From: an uncultured archaeon
GTDB taxonomy: Archaea > Asgardarchaeota > Lokiarchaeia > Sigyniarchaeales > Promethearchaeaceae
Direction of reading: 5' to 3'
Length of the DNA stretch: 8,920 nucleotides
NCBI GenBank assembly: GCA_964426185.1
Contig: CAYRPF010000069.1
Span: forward strand, 8,674 to 17,593
Part shown: one piece after another, positions 1 through 7,220 of the stretch
Numbering within the stretch: the first letter of the stretch is position 1
How the letters are laid out: each line of letters opens with the position of its first letter
Position numbers and translations under genes: made by a program
The notes under the pieces: generated by a model
Databases searched by the model: none
Told to the model about the DNA's origin: nothing
Seen by the model: only the letters and a program-made list of their open reading frames with translations

Positions 1-115
1 CTACAAATTGTTTTAAAAATCCTTAAATTAAATCAATCTTTTTTAAAATCTTGAAAGGTAAGCATTTTTTGTTAAGAAAACTTGCTAGAAAAATTTGCTA
101 TCAAAAACTAGATGA

Positions 116-1219
116 ATGAAAATGTTCAAATACATCGGTGAAAAAAAGAATTTTATTAAAAATTTTACACCTTCTTGGTTTGCCTCTGTAATGGGTACAG
201 GAATTTTAGCTTTAACTACCCTATTTTACTCTGAATTTATTCCGTGGTTTGCATATATTGCTCAAGGTCTTTTTTATTTTAATATTGCACTATTTTGTTT
301 TTTGTTGATTCCATGGACTTTGCGCTGGATACTTTATTCAAAAGAAGCCAAAGCAGATTTAGTCCATCCTATTACTGCCAATTTTTATCCCACAATTGCC
401 ATTGGATTATTGGTGTTATCTGCAGATACGATAGTAATAGGCAAAAATATCCGCATTGGAACTGTTCTTTGGATAATTTCAGCTTGTGCAACAATCTTCT
501 TCAGTATTCAAATTCTCTACATCATGTTTGCTGGTAAACATGTCAAGATCCATCATATCAGTCCTGCTTGGTTTATTCCTCCAGTTGGTCTAATTGTAAT
601 TCCAATTCCAGGAAGTTTGCTGATAAATCATTACACAGGATTATTCAAAGACTTAATTGTTTTTATTAATATGATGAGCTGGGGAGCTGGATTTTTTCTC
701 TATCTCTCACTATTGGCTATAACGATGTATCGATTTATTCTCTATGAACCATTACCTAATGTGTTATACCCAACTATATGGATTAATCTCGGACCAATTG
801 GAGCAGGAGTGACTGCTTTAATTAATCTGGTTAACAATTGTGGGTTAATCACTGAAGGAGTTATATTAGAAGTTTTTGGATTTTTCTTATGGGGATTTGG
901 AATTTGGTGGATTATAATGGCTTTGGTGCTTATGGTACGTTATAGTAAAGAAGTTAAAATACCATATGCCATGTCATGGTGGGCATATACGTTTCCATTA
1001 GGAGCATATGTATCTGCAACTCATGCAATTTCGATGGTATTTGATTTTAGTCTTATTGATTACCTTGGATTTGCATTTTATTGGCTGCTGGTAATCTTTT
1101 GGGTAATAACTTTTATATTTACGTTAATAAACACCTTCAATGGAAAAAATTTTGCTCCTAAACCAAAACAAACATCTCCATTAGAAAAAGAAGATGAAAA
1201 GGTAAAAGATATTAGCTAA
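116..1219 (+). CDS. TDT family (tellurite-resistance/dicarboxylate transporter, SLAC1/TehA/Mae1-like) anion channel or transporter
   Basis: 367-aa hydrophobic ORF with about 10 TM segments and family motifs FTPSWFASVMGTG (TM1), PAWFIPPVG, WINLGPIG and MSWWAYTFPLG (TM9, with the gating Phe of the TFP motif). An alternative ATG lies at 122. Confidence 0.92.
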   Translation: MKMFKYIGEKKNFIKNFTPSWFASVMGTGILALTTLFYSEFIPWFAYIAQGLFYFNIALFCFLLIPWTLRWILYSKEAKADLVHPITANFYPTIAIGLLVLSADTIVIGKNIRIGTVLWIISACATIFFSIQILYIMFAGKHVKIHHISPAWFIPPVGLIVIPIPGSLLINHYTGLFKDLIVFINMMSWGAGFFLYLSLLAITMYRFILYEPLPNVLYPTIWINLGPIGAGVTALINLVNNCGLITEGVILEVFGFFLWGFGIWWIIMALVLMVRYSKEVKIPYAMSWWAYTFPLGAYVSATHAISMVFDFSLIDYLGFAFYWLLVIFWVITFIFTLINTFNGKNFAPKPKQTSPLEKEDEKVKDIS

Positions 1220-1266
1220 TGGGCGAATTATTTTCTCTTTAAGAACATTTCATTTTTTCAATTTTA

Positions 1267-1303
1267 TTTTTCTCGTTTTTTCTCGTTTTGCTCGTTTTGC
1301 TCA
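1267..1303. repeat. Short imperfect tandem repeat, 4 x 9-10 nt (TTTT[T/G]CTC[G/A])
   Basis: The sequence reads tttttctcg-ttttttctcg-ttttgctcg-ttttgctca in the TDT-GH4 intergenic region. The T-tracts could also act as an archaeal-type terminator for the TDT gene. Confidence 0.7.
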
Positions 1304-1318
1304 TTATTCAGTAATGAG
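1300..1318. promoter_or_regulatory. Inverted repeat CTCATTA-N5-TAATGAG, candidate transcription-factor site upstream of the GH4 promoter
   Basis: Perfect 7-bp arms at 1300-1306 and 1312-1318, directly abutting a purine-rich BRE-like/TATA-like segment. Confidence 0.45.
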
Positions 1319-1334
1319 GGAAATATCTTAATAT
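1319..1334 (+). promoter_or_regulatory. Putative archaeal BRE/TATA promoter of the GH4 gene (leaderless geometry)
   Basis: GGAAATAT is followed by CTTAATAT (1327-1334), 25-32 nt upstream of ATG 1359, and there is no SD sequence before the ATG. Confidence 0.4.
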
Positions 1335-1358
1335 CTATTCGAATTATGCAATCATAAT

Positions 1359-2669
1359 ATGACGCAATCCATAAAACCGCCCAAAATTGTGTTAATTGGC
1401 GCGGGATCCTTGCAATTTGGTTTAGGAACTGTGGGTAGTATTTTGTCTAGTTCAGTTTTAGATGGATCTACTATTGTTCTTCATGATATCAGTTCGGAAA
1501 ATTTGTCATTAATTGAAATTGCCTGCCATGATGCCATTTCAGAGCAACAATCAAACTGTAAACTGGAGTGCACTACAGACCGCAAAGAAGCGCTTAAAGG
1601 TGCAGATTTTATTATTTCATCCATCGAAATTACGCCTAGATTTGAATTATGGGATCAAGATTTATCGATTCCGCGCAAGTTAGGAAATAAACAAATGATG
1701 GGCGAAAATGGCGGACCTGGCGGTATTTTTCACGCCCTTCGGATTATTCCCCCTATTCTTGAGATTTGCGCTGACATACAGTCAATCTGTCCTAATGCAT
1801 GGTTAATCAATTTTTCCAACCCGATGAGCCGTATTTGTTTAGCCATTCATCGGAAATTCCCAAATTTAAAAGTTGTAGGTTTGTGTCACGAAATTGCGTT
1901 TGTAAAGAAACACCTTCCCTCTATGCTTGGAACAACTTATAACAATCTGGAATTTCGGGCAGGTGGGTTGAACCATTTTGGTGTAATCTTAGATATTCAC
2001 TATAAGGATTCAGGAAAAGATGCCTATCCCGATATACGCGCTAAAACGGAGGAATATCTAAAATCAGCAACTATGGTGGATGGCTATCAACTTACGTTAT
2101 TTATTTTAAAGACATACGGCTATCTACCTTATACCACAGACTCTCATTACGGAGAGTACATTCACTGGGCTCCAGAGGTAGCGGACTTTGAAGGTGTGCA
2201 GCGATTTAGAGACACATACCGCGAGATGACTTTGGCAGAAGGCAGAAAGATTCGTAGATTGATTCGCAAGGGAAAAGGTGCAAAACTTGTAAAAGCGGAT
2301 GAAGAAAGAGCAATTCCTATTATTGAAGGCATACTCACAGATTCTCATCATTTTGAAGATTCAGTAAATCTCCCAAATAAAGGCATCATTACTAATTTGT
2401 CCGAAGAATTAGTAGTGGAATGTCCGGCAATTGTGGATAAAGATGGGGTTCACGGTATCGAGTTAGGAGAATATCCCAAAGGTTTGGCTGCTTTATTGCG
2501 ATATCAAGGTTCGGTACAAGATTTGGTGGTGGAAGCTGCCATTCATCAATCAAAAGATTTAACGTACCAAGCTTTATTGGCGGATCCTTGTGTTGACGAT
2601 CCCAAGCAAGCACGTAAAATTTTGGAGCGGATGTTAGAAGAACAGCAGGAATACCTTCATCTGATTTAA
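1359..2669 (+). CDS. Glycoside hydrolase family 4 (NAD+/Mn2+-dependent alpha-glucosidase/alpha-galactosidase type)
   Basis: N-terminal Rossmann motif VLIGAGS, TDRKEALKGADF, GENGGPGG, NFSNP, the metal-binding Cys in GLCH (C176), the His in GLNH (H206), and the C-terminal VNLPNKGIITNL...VVECPA and ALLADP segments. Confidence 0.95.
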   Translation: MTQSIKPPKIVLIGAGSLQFGLGTVGSILSSSVLDGSTIVLHDISSENLSLIEIACHDAISEQQSNCKLECTTDRKEALKGADFIISSIEITPRFELWDQDLSIPRKLGNKQMMGENGGPGGIFHALRIIPPILEICADIQSICPNAWLINFSNPMSRICLAIHRKFPNLKVVGLCHEIAFVKKHLPSMLGTTYNNLEFRAGGLNHFGVILDIHYKDSGKDAYPDIRAKTEEYLKSATMVDGYQLTLFILKTYGYLPYTTDSHYGEYIHWAPEVADFEGVQRFRDTYREMTLAEGRKIRRLIRKGKGAKLVKADEERAIPIIEGILTDSHHFEDSVNLPNKGIITNLSEELVVECPAIVDKDGVHGIELGEYPKGLAALLRYQGSVQDLVVEAAIHQSKDLTYQALLADPCVDDPKQARKILERMLEEQQEYLHLI

Positions 2670-2837
2670 TTTATTTTATATTCATTATTTGAATACCTCA
2701 ATGAAAAATAGTAAAGTGAAATTGTGAAAATAAATATGTTAGAATTATGTAGGTCTATATATTTATTTACCAAATTTCATTTTTTCTCTGCATATTTATA
2801 TTAATACTAATGTATTCTTTATTACATTTGATTGAAG

Positions 2838-5414
2838 ATGTTACTCAATTTAATCCTAACAGGGATTATCACCATCTGTTTTCTGCATTTCCTATTCTTG
2901 ATTTTAGAAGATCGACACGATCCTCCAGTAATATCTGCTCTACCCTCTCCTTTACCCCTTGTTAGCATCATTGTTCCTGCATTAAATGAAGAAAATAATT
3001 TGCCCAAATGCTTAAGCAGCTTACTCGCGCTGAAATATCCCAATAAGGAGATCATTGTGGTAGATGGGGGTTCTACTGATAGGACTTATGAAGTTGCCAA
3101 AAGCTACGGTGTTAAGGTTCTGACCTTCAAGAAATTACCTCCAAACTGGGTGGGTAAATCCTATGGCTGTCATATAGGATATCAAGCCGCTAAAGGTGAT
3201 ATTTTATTGTTTACAGATGCAGATACTGTTCATGCCCCTGATTCCTTAAGTTTAACTGTTTCAAAACTCTTAAAACATGATATTGCTCTACTTTCTATGA
3301 TTCCATATCAACAAGCAGAGAAATGGTACGAGTATTTATCCGGTTTTTATTTCTTCTTAGCATGGCTCATCCGTGGGTTAAAACGTAATATATTCAATCC
3401 TAATAAGTCAGATTTTTTTGCAATCGGCCAGTATATGTTGTTCCAACGTAAATATTACGAGCAAATTGGCGGTCATTTGGCGATTCATGAAAATGTGGTA
3501 GAAGATCTAGCCTTGGCAAAGTCCGTTAAAGAACATCATCTTCGATTATATTATCTTGAAAATAATAAGATGGTTTCGTGTCGAATGTATCCTGATGGAT
3601 TTAAAAGTTTTTATGATGGATTTCGAAAATCAATTTGGACCGGTATGGAAATAGTTCCAGTTCTTAAAACACTAATGGCGGTTTTATGGGTTTTATACGG
3701 GCTATTAACTCCAGTATTCTTCATTAAATCTCTATTGAGTGGAGAAATAGCTTTTACTTTAATTTTTGGTGGTGGCATGCTCTTATTTATTTTTGCTTTA
3801 TTTTTTGATTGGCATGGTTCACGACAAGATCATCTATTCGTGTATCTTTTCTATCCTATCGGATTATTTATTGTCACCATTATTTTGATTACTTCGGTTT
3901 ATGATGGAATATTGAAGCGACCGGTTAAATGGAAAGGCATAGTTTATCAATCCAAGCCCATTTCTTCGAGAAAGGATATTTCACCCGGAATTAACCAAGA
4001 AATGCGAGAAAAGATCGCAATAGATGCTAAAATCAAGATAGATTCAGTTAAAACCAAGGAAAAACCTCTGCATTCTCTTTCAATAACACCCACTAACGCT
4101 TATAAGAATAGACGTCTTGCTACTCTGGATTTTTTACGGGGGATTGCAATATTACTTGTGCTTGGGTTTCATTCTATTGAGCGAGCCCTTCCCGCTGATT
4201 TTTGGAACAACTTTTTAATTTCTGCTCCTAAGTGGCAGTATTTCGTTTTTGGACCTTTTCTATTGCTTATGAGCTGGCGTGGGTTCTTCATTTTAATTTC
4301 TGCTGTAGTGTATATTTATTCTTTTGAATCTCGTATTCGATATGGAACATCTCCCAAGAATTTGTTAAAAAATAATTTAATCAAAGGAGTTGTTCTGTTT
4401 ACCTTTGGATGTGTGATTAACGTTTATTTAGACCCTTATGCGGCTATAGGTCATCTAATTAACACAGGCATGTGGGAACCTCTAGATTTTGTTTCAAAAT
4501 TGAAATTTTCAGATGCCATTCAAATGATTGGATTAGGATTGATTATTTACTCCATAATTCATTATCACTTGATGAAAAGTGAAGGGCATAAAAAACCCTG
4601 GAGAAATCTTGCAGTATACACCATACTTTCAATTTTAGTAGTCATTTTGACTCCAATTCTTAACAAAATAGTTCTAACGAATTATGGAGTTACAAGGAAT
4701 CAAATAGAATCAATGCCCACTCCCACTTTGTGGTCGTTTGTAAGGGCCATGTTTTTGTCTAATTTGGTGGGTTATGCTCAGCCACTGTTTCCATACTTAG
4801 GTGTAACATTTGTGGGATGCATGATTGGCATTATTATAAGTCAGAATCAATGGTCAATCTGCAGAAAACTCAATTTCATATATGCATTAGGATTGGGAAC
4901 AATTCTTTCAGGTCTATTTGATTGGGTGGTATTAACGGGTTTAGAGCCAATGCAGACCTTTATGATTGCACCGCGATGGTTTTTGACTTTGAATACCGGT
5001 TTGCAGACTTTTGTCATTGGTTTGATGTTAAAAATCATAGATTTTCCCAATTCTGCTGAGAAAAGGAGAAAAAGAATTAGAAGATTGCGTTTTTTCCGCA
5101 GAGCGGGCATTTTATCTTTAACACTTTTTGCCACCCAGTTTGTTGATATCATACCTCGTTTCATCTTGACTAAGATTACTGGCATAGATTTTATTAGGTT
5201 CGGCAATTTAAACACAATTTATCAAGCATTTTTACTGCTCTTCGTAGTAATTATATTTTGGATTGTAGCGCTACGCGGATGGGAAGTGATTAAATTTTAC
5301 GGATCTTTCGATTGGTTTATGCTTTCTATTACATCATCATTGGCTAAGCGTAAAATTAATTGGCACGATCCGCTAAAAATTAATCAAAACCTATATGAAA
5401 TTGAAAAGATATGA
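2838..5414 (+). CDS. Fusion protein: N-terminal membrane GT2 glycosyltransferase (CrtQ/CruC/HpnB-like) plus C-terminal multi-TM acyltransferase-like domain (acyltransferase-3/HGSNAT-DUF1624 superfamily)
   Basis: GT2 part: VSIIVPALNEE, IVVDGGSTD, LPPNWVGK, FTDAD (DxD), IGGH...VEDLALA, CRMY, 3 TMs and a terminal VKWKG (3930). Second domain from about 4110: RRLATLDFLRGIAILLVLGFH, FILISA, DAIQMIGL, PLFPYLG, GILSLTLF and about 10 TMs. The ORF is uninterrupted. The start is ATG 2838 or TTG 2832. Confidence 0.85.
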   Translation: MLLNLILTGIITICFLHFLFLILEDRHDPPVISALPSPLPLVSIIVPALNEENNLPKCLSSLLALKYPNKEIIVVDGGSTDRTYEVAKSYGVKVLTFKKLPPNWVGKSYGCHIGYQAAKGDILLFTDADTVHAPDSLSLTVSKLLKHDIALLSMIPYQQAEKWYEYLSGFYFFLAWLIRGLKRNIFNPNKSDFFAIGQYMLFQRKYYEQIGGHLAIHENVVEDLALAKSVKEHHLRLYYLENNKMVSCRMYPDGFKSFYDGFRKSIWTGMEIVPVLKTLMAVLWVLYGLLTPVFFIKSLLSGEIAFTLIFGGGMLLFIFALFFDWHGSRQDHLFVYLFYPIGLFIVTIILITSVYDGILKRPVKWKGIVYQSKPISSRKDISPGINQEMREKIAIDAKIKIDSVKTKEKPLHSLSITPTNAYKNRRLATLDFLRGIAILLVLGFHSIERALPADFWNNFLISAPKWQYFVFGPFLLLMSWRGFFILISAVVYIYSFESRIRYGTSPKNLLKNNLIKGVVLFTFGCVINVYLDPYAAIGHLINTGMWEPLDFVSKLKFSDAIQMIGLGLIIYSIIHYHLMKSEGHKKPWRNLAVYTILSILVVILTPILNKIVLTNYGVTRNQIESMPTPTLWSFVRAMFLSNLVGYAQPLFPYLGVTFVGCMIGIIISQNQWSICRKLNFIYALGLGTILSGLFDWVVLTGLEPMQTFMIAPRWFLTLNTGLQTFVIGLMLKIIDFPNSAEKRRKRIRRLRFFRRAGILSLTLFATQFVDIIPRFILTKITGIDFIRFGNLNTIYQAFLLLFVVIIFWIVALRGWEVIKFYGSFDWFMLSITSSLAKRKINWHDPLKINQNLYEIEKI

Positions 5415-5571
5415 TAATTATGATTATTTTTTCTTGATCAAAGTTGACCATTACGACGCATGATTTTTATTGTTTTTATGGTCTTTTTTCTAAAAAAAAA
5501 GATACATTTTCTCATATTTTTCATATCTTAAATTTTAATTCAAAAATTTTTACTCGGTAAAAGGAAATTGT

Positions 5572-5999
5572 GTGAACAATTCTCGAAAATTTTGGGATTT
5601 GAGGAGGATTTCAAATCTGAATCTTCTTTTCCCGGTTCTTTTCGTGAAAAACCCAGTTAAGAAATATGGAAAACTCACAGATTTTGGAAAAAAAGTAATA
5701 GAAGAGATGATTGATATCGCCCACTCTTGTGAAGAAACAGCCTTTGACGCGATAGAACATTCCAATCAACCAATAATTGCGAGTCATACAGGCGCTTTAG
5801 CACTCCAACCAAATTTTCCTCGCTATATTTATTGGCAATTGGCACAGACGTTAATGGACTACCTGGTATCATGGAAGATTTTCACTATCCAACAGATTTC
5901 AGCAGTTTAAAAGATGATTTTATTGCAGCGGGAATTTCAAAAAATGAAGTTAGTGGAATATTAGGAGAAAATTTCACTGATTTTCTTCGCAATTTTTAA
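5572..5999 (+). pseudogene. Membrane/renal dipeptidase (peptidase M19, amidohydrolase superfamily) remnant
   Basis: The first frame gives GKLTDFGKKVIEEM-IDIAH...AFDAIEHSNQPIIASHTG...PR (5668-5823). The -1 frame then gives LAIGTDVNG...FIAAGISKNEVSGILGENFTDFLRNF* (5832-5999), matching the M19 C-terminal GxGSDFDG...G.S..EI..ILGGN. The N-terminal half is not recognisable, and internal deletions and a frameshift are evident. Confidence 0.85.
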
Positions 6000-6000
6000 A

Positions 6001-6009
6001 TTTTTTTTT
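6001..6009 (+). terminator. Oligo-T tract (T9), putative archaeal-type terminator between convergent genes
   Basis: T9 starts 2 nt after the TAA at 5997-5999 that closes the dipeptidase remnant. The convergent methyltransferase ends at 6025. Confidence 0.4.
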
Positions 6010-6024
6010 ATTTGAAGAATGCAT

Positions 6025-6882
6025 TTAAATCTCAAACCGAACTAATAGCCCACCTGCGTAAATTCCACCCACACCTAAAACATCCTCTTTACTATCAAAT
6101 TCTTCCAAAAAATCGAGAAAATCTTGATACACTTCTTCATTTTGATAGACTTTTTCGATTATTTCAGGAGACATACAGCGTGTGAAAGTACCTGGCGCAG
6201 AAATTCGAAGAATCTTTCCAGAATGATATTTAATAAGATCCTTGACTTCTTTAGGAGTAAAACCATGCCAGCTGGGCATTAAATTCGGCTCAAACTGCTT
6301 TAATTCCTCATTTACGTTCAGATTTCCAGTATGAAGAAGATCCCACTGAGTTTTCAATTTCCCGAAATATTGAAAATCGAATTCAGCTGCATCTTCCATC
6401 ATTGCTCCAAATCGGTTTACAACACATAATACAACCGTTTTTTTTGCTACACGCACCAATTCTGCGAAAGCACTTTCGAAATTATTCACACAATAAGAAA
6501 GAGGTGAATCTAAACATAAAACAAGATCAAAACTCTGATCTGGAAATGGAAGCGGTTCACAAATGCTTTGTTGAACGAATTTAATATTACATTTTTCAGT
6601 CTTGGATAAGCGGGTTTTTGCAATTTCAATCATTTCGCCAGATATATCCAAATGAACTACAGAATGCCCTTCTTGTGCCAATGGAATCGAAAATCTTCCC
6701 GGTCCTGCCCCAGAATCTAAAATGGATATATCTTTGCGGTTATTTATAGCGCGCTGAATTTCTCGCCATAATAAATCAGTATGAATTTTTTTCCTAATAT
6801 CATATTCTTCTCGTGCGAGTTCAGATGGAGCTTTCTTATTCCAGTATTTTTTTGTTTCTTCGTAATGAGAACTTTTCGCCAT
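6025..6882 (-). CDS. Class I SAM-dependent methyltransferase (Methyltransf_11/25-like), substrate unknown
   Basis: Motif I ILDSGAGPGRFS, the acidic end of beta2 in VVHLDIS, then LPFPDQSFDLVLC and ELVRVAK. Confidence 0.92.
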   Translation of the reverse strand: MAKSSHYEETKKYWNKKAPSELAREEYDIRKKIHTDLLWREIQRAINNRKDISILDSGAGPGRFSIPLAQEGHSVVHLDISGEMIEIAKTRLSKTEKCNIKFVQQSICEPLPFPDQSFDLVLCLDSPLSYCVNNFESAFAELVRVAKKTVVLCVVNRFGAMMEDAAEFDFQYFGKLKTQWDLLHTGNLNVNEELKQFEPNLMPSWHGFTPKEVKDLIKYHSGKILRISAPGTFTRCMSPEIIEKVYQNEEVYQDFLDFLEEFDSKEDVLGVGGIYAGGLLVRFEI

Positions 6883-6907
6883 GGATATACTTTTTGATGA
6901 AAGAAGC

Positions 6908-6922
6908 TTTTTAATTTTTACG
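6908..6922 (-). promoter_or_regulatory. Putative BRE + TATA promoter of the methyltransferase (leaderless geometry)
   Basis: The minus strand reads CGTAAAA-ATTAAAAA. The TATA-like box is 26-33 nt upstream of ATG 6882 and there is no SD. Confidence 0.45.
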
Positions 6923-7220
6923 AGCTTGGAAGTAAAATTTTTATTTAGATAATTCAGAATGGCGAAAACAATCGACTAAATGATCATTATTGTTTCATAA
7001 TTTTTTTTCAGCATCCTTTGCTTTATCAACATAGGCAACAAAAACATTTTGTGGAAATAAATATGATTTATTTACGATTTAGAAATGTACAAACATCAAT
7101 AGGTATGAAATCCTTTTTTGCCTCTTATTAGATGAATTTCATCACAGATAATATTTTCGATATGGTTATAAAAAACTTTAACAAAATCAGGATTAAATAA
7201 CCGATTTTTAAAAGTACACA

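Noticed and set aside
295-537. 80-aa alternate-frame ORF inside the TDT gene
   Set aside because: It is fully nested in a well-supported CDS and has no recognisable motifs.
1267-1318. CRISPR-like or IS-end interpretation of the repeats
   Set aside because: The units are only 9-10 nt with no spacers, and there are no cas or transposase genes or target-site duplications.
2124-2613. Two short antisense ORFs (2124-2351, 2392-2613) within GH4
   Set aside because: Shadow ORFs with no motifs.
2822-5215. Antisense ORFs 2822-3055 and 4847-5215
   Set aside because: They lie antisense to the GT2-acyltransferase CDS and show no independent coding evidence.
5815-5840. Programmed -1 frameshift restoring the dipeptidase
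   Set aside because: There is no canonical slippery heptamer at the junction, and essential segments are missing, so frameshifting could not yield a complete enzyme.
5550-5872. Minus-strand ORFs 5550-5765 and 5675-5872
   Set aside because: They are antisense shadows of the dipeptidase remnant.
6402-6584. 60-aa + strand ORF
   Set aside because: It is antisense to the methyltransferase and has no motifs.
6995-7078. Short minus-strand open stretch (..LFPQNVFVAYVDKAKDAEKKL*) in the 340-nt intergenic region
   Set aside because: It has no start codon after the upstream stop, is under 30 aa and shows no recognisable similarity. It could be a gene remnant, but this is unsupported.
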